Shown here one piece after another: positions 29,916 through 38,015 of a stretch of 64,000 nt of DNA. The notes under the pieces were generated by a model. That model searched no databases. It saw nothing but the letters and a program-made list of their open reading frames with translations, and was not told where the DNA came from. A program made the translations under genes and the position numbers. The stretch's first letter is position 1. Each line of letters begins with the position of its first letter. The stretch comes from Candidatus Babelota bacterium. GTDB taxonomy: Bacteria > Babelota > Babeliae > Babelales > CAIQNR01. Location of the stretch: positions 296,722 through 360,721 of the forward strand of contig CBFHTA010000001.1 in the NCBI GenBank assembly GCA_965658655.1. The letters are read 5' to 3'.

Positions 29916-30794
29916 CTACCGGTACCAATTGTTATTTTGTTTATACGGGATTCCCTTGCCTTCTAAGAAATCTGTTCTGTTTTGCTCGCGTACAATTCTA
30001 TCGGTTTCTCTTTTTTTTTCTTCTCTTGCTTTTTTTTCTTTTACTTCTTTTTCTGCTCTTTCTCTTTCTTCTTTATTTCGTCTTTTTTGTGCGTTACTTT
30101 CTCCTTGTTTTCCTAGAGAGGGAAAGTCTTTATTAAATTGAGGATCTACAGTTTTGCTCTTATCATCAAAATATCGCTCCAGTTGAATAGTGCTTTGTTT
30201 AGGATGTGGTAGTGCCGGTTTAGAGGGACGCCCAGAATCACAGGAGAATTGAGACATTGCTAACATAGAAACACTTTCTCCTGAGCATGGAGTATGGTGA
30301 TTTTGACTTTGTCTTTCTTCACGTTTTGTTCTTTGACTATGTTGTTTTTTGTCAAAACATTTTTGTTTACTATTGGGATGGACAAGAGGATGGAATTTCT
30401 TTGTTTTTTGTGCTGCAGGTGGTAGATGTGTTTGAGGTTTTTCTGTTTCTTCGAGAGTATTGCGGCTGCTTATTTCGGGGATATGAGCTTTTTTCTTTTT
30501 TTTTTCTTCTCTCTTTTCTTCAGCTATTTTCGCTGCTAATTTGTGTAATATGATGGGGTCTTCGGCTTCCTCATCACTATCATCTAAAATTAAAGCTCCA
30601 AATGGATTGTTACTGAAACGATCTTCGTTTGTGAGAAGGGGTGTTTTTGGAAAAAATTTTTTTTCTAATGTTGCTTTATCTGAGGGTGTCATATAAGTTT
30701 GCCCATTGATTCTGTTACCACCACGACCTTTTCTATGTCTTCCACATTCAAGAGAAAAGGGCAGTAATAAAATAAAAAGAAAATATTTATTCAT
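29916..30794 (-). CDS. Exported low-complexity Lys/Glu-rich protein with eukaryote-like linear motifs
   Basis: Signal peptide, then RGG, NPFGAL..DD..EDP, KKKKK and DFPSLG. Confidence 0.7.
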   Translation of the reverse strand: MNKYFLFILLLPFSLECGRHRKGRGGNRINGQTYMTPSDKATLEKKFFPKTPLLTNEDRFSNNPFGALILDDSDEEAEDPIILHKLAAKIAEEKREEKKKKKAHIPEISSRNTLEETEKPQTHLPPAAQKTKKFHPLVHPNSKQKCFDKKQHSQRTKREERQSQNHHTPCSGESVSMLAMSQFSCDSGRPSKPALPHPKQSTIQLERYFDDKSKTVDPQFNKDFPSLGKQGESNAQKRRNKEERERAEKEVKEKKAREEKKRETDRIVREQNRTDFLEGKGIPYKQNNNWYR

Positions 30795-30900
30795 AGATTA
30801 AATTCCATTGTAAAAAAAGCGCATATATTTTAATTCATTACGAGTCATTGTAGGATACATGCGTTTTTCTGTAAAATTGTATTGGTGTTTTATGCGATTT

Positions 30901-31215
30901 TTAGATTTTTTCTTTTGAAAGTGCCTCAATAGAGCTTTGTGTTTGTTTATTAAACGGCCTTTTGAGTGTTATAGAAAAACGTGTCAAATGGGGTCTTTCG
31001 TTCTTAGAGGTACATTCTCTTGCCCTACCAGTATCTGTTTTTTGTTGTTCAAGTAACACTTTAAGATGAGAAGATACTTCTGATGATAGAGGAAAAAATA
31101 CATTAAAAAGAAATGATTCAAGTTTCTCTCTGTTTAATTCTGTTGATGGCTCTACACTATATATTGTCACAGAGTAGCTCAGTGTAAGCAGTATAATCCA
31201 TATGATTTTTTTCAT
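30901..31215 (-). CDS. Hypothetical exported protein
   Basis: Signal-like MKKIIWIILLTLSYSVTIYS. Confidence 0.6.
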   Translation of the reverse strand: MKKIIWIILLTLSYSVTIYSVEPSTELNREKLESFLFNVFFPLSSEVSSHLKVLLEQQKTDTGRARECTSKNERPHLTRFSITLKRPFNKQTQSSIEALSKEKI

Positions 31216-31297
31216 ACCTATTTCCTATAATAATTAAATTAATATTTTTAAGTTAGAATAATAGAGTATTATGGATTTGTTTTAAACAATATGTTTT

Positions 31298-32207
31298 TTA
31301 TTCGCTAACAGATAGTACAGAGAAGCGATTAGTAGACGATCTTTTTTCTTTCAGCTTAGTAAGTTCTTTAAGAGCAAGAACACCAAGGTTGCTGCTATTA
31401 TCTTCTTTTTTCTTTGGCATAGCTCTTTTTTGAGAAAATACAAGATTCTGCTTTGACTTACGTTTTAAAGCTATAATAACTGCATTTGAAGTTGTGTGGT
31501 GTTTTTCTACTACCCATGCAATACAGACAGGGCTTGAAGAATGAGCGATAGCATCTAAATCTTTATCAAACGAAGTTTTAGATTCAATAAAACGTTTTTT
31601 ATGTTCATTTTCTATAGGTCCATATTTTTCTACAAGAAGACTAGCTACTTTTTTTGGACCGATTCCATATTTTTTTTGTACTTGATTAATCGTGATTTCT
31701 TTAGCATTAATAGCAGCTAAATCTTTGTCTAGTTCTATATAAGAATCGACTTTTTTTTTTCTTTTTTTTTCTTTTTCTATGTTTAAGTGCTTTTTTTAAT
31801 GAACTTTTTGTAGAACCTGATTCTTGAAATGGTTCTAATGAGGTTAATTCTTTTTTTAATATAGAGTCTTTTACCACAGTTAATGGGGGAGAAGTGACTT
31901 CACAGCCACTATCATTGTTGATTGACGCAGCGCGATTAGGTGAAGCTTCTAATGATGATTCACTTCCAATATTGCATTCGACAAGATTAGATTGTGATGG
32001 ATTTTCTTCTAGAGGGGAAAGAGTGAGGCCAAAATCAAAGGGACTTGTTCCTCTTCTTGTATCAGTAGTTGGTGTTAACGGAGAAGAAGTAACTTTTAGA
32101 GGGGAAAGAGTGAGGCCAAAATCAAAGGGGCTTGTTCCTTTTTCGGTTTCGGCAGTCATTAAAAATGAAGGAACAGAAAGTAATAGTAATAAAAAAACAA
32201 AGTGCAC
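31298..32207 (-). pseudogene. Exported Ser/Pro-rich, Lys-tract protein split by one frameshift in a poly-A tract
   Basis: Removing one A from the A9/A10 runs (31751-31770) joins ORF 31707..32207 to a stop-free 150-codon frame (31750 to TAA at 31298). Confidence 0.75.
32010..32139. repeat. Two 43-bp direct repeats (32010-32052, 32097-32139), one mismatch
   Basis: Each copy encodes GTSPFDFGLTLSPL; period is 87 nt. Confidence 0.9.
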
Positions 32208-32289
32208 GATATGATTCCTACATGTGTGAATTGGTTTGATTAAATAAGAATTAAAGTATCACATATAGAAGTCTTGTCTATCAATAACG

Positions 32290-32703
32290 TTATTCTGCGG
32301 CCCTTTTGTCTTGTTGTTTTACATAGTATTCTAGCGCAGACATAAAGCCTGAGGAATGGCTTACGGGGGGTATCTTTTGTTTAAGTTTTTTTTCTATTTG
32401 TTTGAGTTTTGATTTTGGTTTTTTTTTAACAGGTTTAGGTGTTTTTTCTAATGTTTGTTCTTTTCTTTTTTTTCTTTGTAAAAAAAAGAGCTTCTTAGCT
32501 TCTGCTATAGGCAATACCCTTTCAGGAGGGAGTGCCATGTTATCTTCTTTTTTTTTACTCGACTTGCCCGCTTTGTGCGTATTTTTTGCTGCACTAGATT
32601 TGTTATTAGCTGGGTGAATGGTCCCAGTCCATAAGCACAGAGGTAGTACTATATTAGAGAGATTTTTTATTTTTATATATCGTTTTAATAATGCTTTTTT
32701 CAT
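32290..32703 (-). CDS. Hypothetical Lys-rich, probably exported protein
   Basis: Hydrophobic stretch near the N-terminus and several basic clusters. Confidence 0.55.
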   Translation of the reverse strand: MKKALLKRYIKIKNLSNIVLPLCLWTGTIHPANNKSSAAKNTHKAGKSSKKKEDNMALPPERVLPIAEAKKLFFLQRKKRKEQTLEKTPKPVKKKPKSKLKQIEKKLKQKIPPVSHSSGFMSALEYYVKQQDKRAAE

Positions 32704-33472
32704 TTATTATCGCTTTAATATATTTTTGTGATCGACTATCTATTTTTTGTGGCTTTAAAAACACAATGGTATCTACAATTGTTTCTTGGCATAAAGTATG
32801 CAATGCGTCAAGGGTTGGAAGTTTACTTTGGTTAACATGCACGCTTTCTAACACAACGGTTCCGAATTGTTTTGTGAGTGTATTCATGAGTGTGTAAGAA
32901 ATCCAAGAGGATGGGTTGATCTTCTCTCCTAGACCGCCATTGTCTACCATAGTAAGGGAGCCATTATTGTTATAGACAGAGACTGTTTTTTTATTGCACC
33001 TTATGGTTCTTTTTGAGGGCGCACTGAGTATTTTATTGGTTAGTAAGATAGTACAGAAAAGAAGTGTATACAAAAATGCACTGGTAGATTTTTTTCCCCA
33101 CTGTGTGTGTTGTAAAATAATAATCGATAACATGGCAGCAATAATAGAGAAGGGCAGTACAGAAAGTTTAAAACCAACCATCCATGTCTTTGGTCCCCAT
33201 TGCAAACACCACAGCCAAAGTTGGGTGATTTTTTCTAACATCCAAATACACATGCTATTGGGTATATGTAAAATTTCAGTAAAAAAAACAAGAGAAGAAC
33301 ATAATAGAAAGACGCTCAAGAAGGGCGCAAAAACCAAATTGCCTACTATGGTTAGTAAAGAAAATGGCAATCCCCATGCAATGAGAAAGGGAATCGAAAT
33401 TAATGAAAGAAAAAATTGTACTTGAATAAATGGAATAAACCATCTAGTTGCTGCTTGCCAATATATGTTCAT
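32654..33472 (-). CDS. Membrane protein resembling the distal half of the ComEC/Rec2 Competence domain
   Basis: LISIPFLIAWGLPFSLLTIVGNLVFAPFL resembles the ComEC P..F..S...NL..P motif. Confidence 0.45.
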   Translation of the reverse strand: MNIYWQAATRWFIPFIQVQFFLSLISIPFLIAWGLPFSLLTIVGNLVFAPFLSVFLLCSSLVFFTEILHIPNSMCIWMLEKITQLWLWCLQWGPKTWMVGFKLSVLPFSIIAAMLSIIILQHTQWGKKSTSAFLYTLLFCTILLTNKILSAPSKRTIRCNKKTVSVYNNNGSLTMVDNGGLGEKINPSSWISYTLMNTLTKQFGTVVLESVHVNQSKLPTLDALHTLCQETIVDTIVFLKPQKIDSRSQKYIKAIINEKSIIKTIYKNKKSL

Positions 33473-33621
33473 GTACCATAGAATACCACATGCTAATGTA
33501 AAAGAAACCTTTTAGAGGATTAATGAGTTGAGTGTGTTCAATCTTTTCATTGATGAATTTCTTTACTAATATTCATAAAGTAAGTATAGAATGAAGCTGT
33601 AAAAAGAAAGGTTTATGTAGT

Positions 33622-34035
33622 ATGAAAAAGCAATTAGTTTTTTTAGTCATAGTATTGTTAGCAGCAAAGAATGTTTTTCCTTCTGCTCCTCCTCCTCAGT
33701 ATCAACACCTTGAGCATAGTGCTGGTCCTTGTGGGAAAGATGCAATTGTTTCTGCGCCACCATCTTTAGTTATAGATAAATATGATCCAACAAAAGAAGT
33801 CCTAAAAGGTGAAAATAAAGCGGCTGTTTATGTTGTTGAAAATTCATCTTGTGTATGTTTATGTCCTATTAAAGTAAGTATTATTCCAGTTTTGCATGGT
33901 ATTACTACACGATTGTCCTTTGGTTTATTTGGTGCAGCGGATAGTACTATAACCGAAGAAAATAAACATGCAGATTTTGTTGATCAGGCTTCGTATCTTT
34001 CTGTTGACGATGACATGGGAAAAAAGAAAGCATGA
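33622..34035 (+). CDS. Hypothetical exported protein
   Basis: Signal peptide MKKQLVFLVIVLL; GAAAGG RBS. Confidence 0.6.
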   Translation: MKKQLVFLVIVLLAAKNVFPSAPPPQYQHLEHSAGPCGKDAIVSAPPSLVIDKYDPTKEVLKGENKAAVYVVENSSCVCLCPIKVSIIPVLHGITTRLSFGLFGAADSTITEENKHADFVDQASYLSVDDDMGKKKA

Positions 34036-35846
34036 AAAGTTTGCTTGAGGAAAAAGCCTATCTGTTACGGTTAGGTTCTTTAAAAGCAACACGTGTTGCA
34101 GGGTCGGGGCATCCAACTTCTTGTTTGTCGGCAGCTGATATTGTTGCAACACTTTTTTTTCATACCATGCAGTACGATCCACAGAATCCATATAACCCAA
34201 ATAATGATTGTTTTATTTTATCCAAAGGTCATGCTGCACCTTTGTTGTATGCTGCGTGGTGGCAGGCGGGGGTGTTAACAGAAGAAGAGTTGCTCACACT
34301 TCGTCAATTCGATTCTGTTTTAGAAGGGCATCCAACTTCACGATTTGGGTATACCAAAGTTGCAACAGGGTCACTGGGTTGTGGCCTTTCCATTGGTTTA
34401 GGAGAAGCACTTGCCGGCCGTGTTGCACGTAAAAATTTTAGAACGTATGTGTTACTCGGTGATAGCGAATGTGCAGAAGGTTCGGTATGGGAAGCAGCAG
34501 AACTTGCGGCGTACTACAAAGCACATACTCTTACCGGAATTGTTGATTATAATAGACTGGGTCAAAGTACAGAAACACTCGATGGACATAATACACACGT
34601 GTTAGCAGAAAAATTTAAAGCTTTTGGTTGGCATACTCTTGAGATAAATGGTCACAATATTGATGAGATTGTACAAGCCTTTGAGGATGCGCAACAAGAA
34701 AAAGAAAAGCCAACCATAATTATTGCAAAAACATTTAAAGGTAATGGTGTAGCATCTGTTCAAAATTTAGAAAATTTTCATGGTAAAGCGCTCGATGCAA
34801 ATGCTGAAAAACAGTTAGTGCCCTCTGTTAATCATGGTCCAGAGTGGCATCCTAATGTGCCAAAACAAGAAGATGTATTGGAACAAAAAGAATATAGCAT
34901 TCCTGCGCCTTCGTATCAGGAACCAATTGCAACACGTAAAGTGTATGGAGATGCGTTGGCTGCATTAGGTAAAGAATATAAAAATGTTGTTGCGCTAGAT
35001 GCAGAAGTTAAAAACTCTACCTTTGCTCAAACGTTTGAGCAACAACATAAAGAACGGTTCTTCCAATGTTTTATTGCAGAGCAGAATATGGTTGGTATGG
35101 CAATCGGATTCTCTGTGCATAATTTTTTACCGTTCACTTCAACTTTTGGTGCCTTTTTTTCTCGTGCGTTTGATCAAATTCGAATGGCAGGTGTTGGTCG
35201 AAACGCAATTAAACTTTCTGGGTCACATGCTGGAATTTCTATTGGAGAGGATGGTCCATCTCAAATGGCACTCGAGGATTTGGCTTTTATGCGTGCGGTG
35301 CCGAAGGCTCTTGTTCTTTATCCAAGCGATGGAGTGAGTGCGTACAAATGCGTAGAGCTTATGGCAAATTATTCCGATGGTGTTTCGTATCTTCGAACCA
35401 CTAGAGAGGCAACACCAATACTTTATAAAAGCAACGAAGAATTTAAAGTGGGGGGCTGCAAAATTCTTAAAAAGAATCGAAATTCCAAAGCACTTATTGT
35501 TGCTGCAGGTATTACGGTGCATGAAGCACTGAAAGCAGAAGAGCAGCTTGAGGCTGAACAGATCTATGTTTCTATTATAGATGCGTATTCCATTAAGCCG
35601 CTTGATGATTATACTATTGCGCGCGAAGCACGTGAGTGCGGTAATGTGATTGTTACTGTTGAAGATCACTACCTTGAAGGTGGCCTTGGCAGTGCTGTTG
35701 CAGATGCTTTAAGCGATACCGATATTCGTGTGATACGCTTGGCAGTTTCTGAATTGCCTCGATCAGGTAAACCCGAAGAGCTTCGCTCTTGGGCCGGTAT
35801 TGATACAGCAGCGCTTATAAAACACATCAAAATTTTGGTTCAATAA
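34032..35846 (+). CDS. tkt: Transketolase (short ~600-aa type)
   Basis: SGHPTSC, SKGHAAP, GSLGCG, TPP motif GDSECAEG..N, IAEQNM and GEDGPSQM. Confidence 0.95.
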   Translation: MKSLLEEKAYLLRLGSLKATRVAGSGHPTSCLSAADIVATLFFHTMQYDPQNPYNPNNDCFILSKGHAAPLLYAAWWQAGVLTEEELLTLRQFDSVLEGHPTSRFGYTKVATGSLGCGLSIGLGEALAGRVARKNFRTYVLLGDSECAEGSVWEAAELAAYYKAHTLTGIVDYNRLGQSTETLDGHNTHVLAEKFKAFGWHTLEINGHNIDEIVQAFEDAQQEKEKPTIIIAKTFKGNGVASVQNLENFHGKALDANAEKQLVPSVNHGPEWHPNVPKQEDVLEQKEYSIPAPSYQEPIATRKVYGDALAALGKEYKNVVALDAEVKNSTFAQTFEQQHKERFFQCFIAEQNMVGMAIGFSVHNFLPFTSTFGAFFSRAFDQIRMAGVGRNAIKLSGSHAGISIGEDGPSQMALEDLAFMRAVPKALVLYPSDGVSAYKCVELMANYSDGVSYLRTTREATPILYKSNEEFKVGGCKILKKNRNSKALIVAAGITVHEALKAEEQLEAEQIYVSIIDAYSIKPLDDYTIAREARECGNVIVTVEDHYLEGGLGSAVADALSDTDIRVIRLAVSELPRSGKPEELRSWAGIDTAALIKHIKILVQ

Positions 35847-36064
35847 TGTTATTTTTCATCATTTATTGAAAGAGATCATTAAAATGTGCAGGATCCTTCA
35901 AAAAGTCCTTTGCAGGTTATAATCGAGCTGTTAGATCAGTTGCTTGACTGAGGTAGATTGAAAAAAATAAACAGATAACGGGCACAAAGTTGTAAATAAG
36001 TTTAACTACCAATAAAACAGTCTTTGAAGATATAAAATAAAAAATACATAAAGCTTTAATCTGC

Positions 36065-36092
36065 AAAACCCACTGTTTCTCGGTGGGTTTTT
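36065..36092 (+). terminator. Rho-independent terminator-like hairpin
   Basis: AAAACCCACTG pairs with CGGTGGGTTTTT. Confidence 0.7.
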
Positions 36093-36153
36093 CGTTGTTT
36101 ACATTATTTCCTATTTAAGGCAAACTGACCGCTATAGTGTGTAGGAGAGCTCC

Positions 36154-37653
36154 ATGAAAAAACTTATTCTTGTATTATTGTCTGTGTCGTTATTAATAGG
36201 CTCATTCTTATTTGTTTCTAAAGCAAATTCCTTTAAATCTTCGGTTCCTTTAGCGAGCTCATCAATAGCTCCTTCAATGAATGATTTTAGTCCTTCTAAA
36301 AAGATCGCTCAGTGTTCTTCTTCTGGTCAAAAAGAACGTCATGGTGCATTTGTAGTTGTCAGTGCGGGAACTACTGATGATGGTAAGGGTAAGATTTGTG
36401 ATTACTTGGCAAAAGATGCTTTCTTTTCTGTTCGATCTCAGGGAACACTTCCTGAAGGTCACAGAGTGCAAAAGAATGGAAAAACATATGTTCTCCATCA
36501 TATTCCGGTAGCGATTCTTACACCGCATGTAAAATGTTATCTGGCACCGGGAATGGTCATTGACCCCAAATTACTTTTTCAAGAAATAGATGATTTACAA
36601 AAGCAAGGTATAAATCTTGATGATCGTTTGAAAATTTCTACGGCAGCTCATTTATTAATGCCATATCATGTGCAGATCGATAATCTTGGTAGAAAAACAA
36701 AACGACGCAAGGGTGCTGCAGGAGTTCGTCGTGGTGCAGGAGCCGCTTCATCGGATAAACGCTTAGGTTTGGGAATTCGTATTGCAGATTTGTGGGGAGA
36801 AGATTTCCCTATTGATCTCAAAGAAAAATTGAAAATTATTAATGAAACTCTTACCAAGGTATATGGAGCAAAGCCTGTGGCGTATAAGCCTTTACTAAAA
36901 GAGCTTATGGAGTACAAGGAAAAATTTGAGCCTTATGTTCGGGACCGTGTTGAATTAAAACTAAACCAGCTTTTAAGAAAACGTAAAAAAGGAATCTTTG
37001 AAGGTGCCCATGGTACATTTCTTGATATTACGCATGGTATTTATCCATATACTGCTCCTACCGATACCACTGCTTCTGGAATAGTTGCAAATGCTGGTGT
37101 AGGACCGTCTAAGATCGATCATACTTTGGGTGTAGTGAAAGCCTATGCTACATGTGAAGGCGATGGTCCGTTTACAACAGAAATTAAAGATCCAGCAATT
37201 ACTCAGCATTTTAGAGATAAAAATAAAGCACTTTCTGATCCAGATAGATATCGTTATGGTTGGCTTGATGCTGTTATGGTTCGTCAAGCTATGTTTATCA
37301 ATGGAATGGACTCTATTGTAATTAGTCGACTAGATGATTTAGATGGACTAGATAAAATAAAAGTTTGTATCGATTACGATTATAAAGAGAATCCTGAAGA
37401 TACTGAAGTACAGCATTTCGACTATCCACCGCCTAGAATTAAGCAGTTACGGGAGGTTACACCGCATTATGTTGAGTTTGATGGGTGGAAAGAATCAACC
37501 AAAAATGCAAAGCACATTTCGCAGTTACCTTTGAATGCACGTGTGTTTGTTAAACGTCTAGAAGCTTTATTTGCGACACCTGTAAGCATTGTTTCTGTTG
37601 GCCCTCGTCAAGATCAAACAATTTTAGTGAATGATTTCTTTAGATACATTTAA
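36154..37653 (+). CDS. Divergent adenylosuccinate-synthetase-fold protein with N-terminal signal peptide
   Basis: DDGKGKICD, GH, EGAHG, GVVKAY, GWLD and SVGP give the PurA fold, but the IMP- and Asp-binding motifs are altered and there is a ~63-aa N-extension. Confidence 0.85.
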   Translation: MKKLILVLLSVSLLIGSFLFVSKANSFKSSVPLASSSIAPSMNDFSPSKKIAQCSSSGQKERHGAFVVVSAGTTDDGKGKICDYLAKDAFFSVRSQGTLPEGHRVQKNGKTYVLHHIPVAILTPHVKCYLAPGMVIDPKLLFQEIDDLQKQGINLDDRLKISTAAHLLMPYHVQIDNLGRKTKRRKGAAGVRRGAGAASSDKRLGLGIRIADLWGEDFPIDLKEKLKIINETLTKVYGAKPVAYKPLLKELMEYKEKFEPYVRDRVELKLNQLLRKRKKGIFEGAHGTFLDITHGIYPYTAPTDTTASGIVANAGVGPSKIDHTLGVVKAYATCEGDGPFTTEIKDPAITQHFRDKNKALSDPDRYRYGWLDAVMVRQAMFINGMDSIVISRLDDLDGLDKIKVCIDYDYKENPEDTEVQHFDYPPPRIKQLREVTPHYVEFDGWKESTKNAKHISQLPLNARVFVKRLEALFATPVSIVSVGPRQDQTILVNDFFRYI

Positions 37654-37751
37654 GCAAAAATTATAGGGCAATCTACTATTGCACACTGTATTGTACCTAT
37701 CGAGAAAAAAATTACGCACGCAAAGATGGCCATAGCTAAAAGCTTTTTCAT
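37650..37751 (-). CDS. 33-aa peptide that is mostly a signal sequence
   Basis: GAAAGGAAA RBS, then MKKLLAMAIFACVIFFSIGTIQCAIVDCPIIFA. Confidence 0.45.
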   Translation of the reverse strand: MKKLLAMAIFACVIFFSIGTIQCAIVDCPIIFA

Positions 37752-37803
37752 GGGTTTCCTTTCTAAAAATAAATAATTTAGAGTTCGTGAATAAAAAAGT
37801 GCA

Positions 37804-37992
37804 TTATTGCCAAATAATAACACCGTATTTAAACGTGAGTAGCGCAAAGAAGACGACCGCGTGTGAGCGATATGTACGCTTTAGTTTGATCAGAGTGATC
37901 AAAAAACTAAGATAAGAGAAGCGTGAAAGTTTAGATTTCGGTCGATCGGGCGGTATAGAATTTCGCAATTCATTCGAAGATAACAATATCAT
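37804..37992 (-). CDS. Small hypothetical protein
   Basis: AAGGAG RBS before MILLSS; follows directly after the 660-aa gene. Confidence 0.35.
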   Translation of the reverse strand: MILLSSNELRNSIPPDRPKSKLSRFSYLSFLITLIKLKRTYRSHAVVFFALLTFKYGVIIWQ

Positions 37993-38015
37993 AGTAATTC
38001 TCCTTTTTAAAAACA

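Noticed and set aside
35850..36150. Purine riboswitch upstream of the PurA-like gene
   Set aside because: No purine-aptamer consensus is visible; there is only a terminator-like hairpin.
36154..37653. PurZ (diaminopurine DNA pathway) assignment for the PurA-like gene
   Set aside because: The Asp13-equivalent is retained, the aspartate-binding loop PurZ needs is lost, and there is no phage context.
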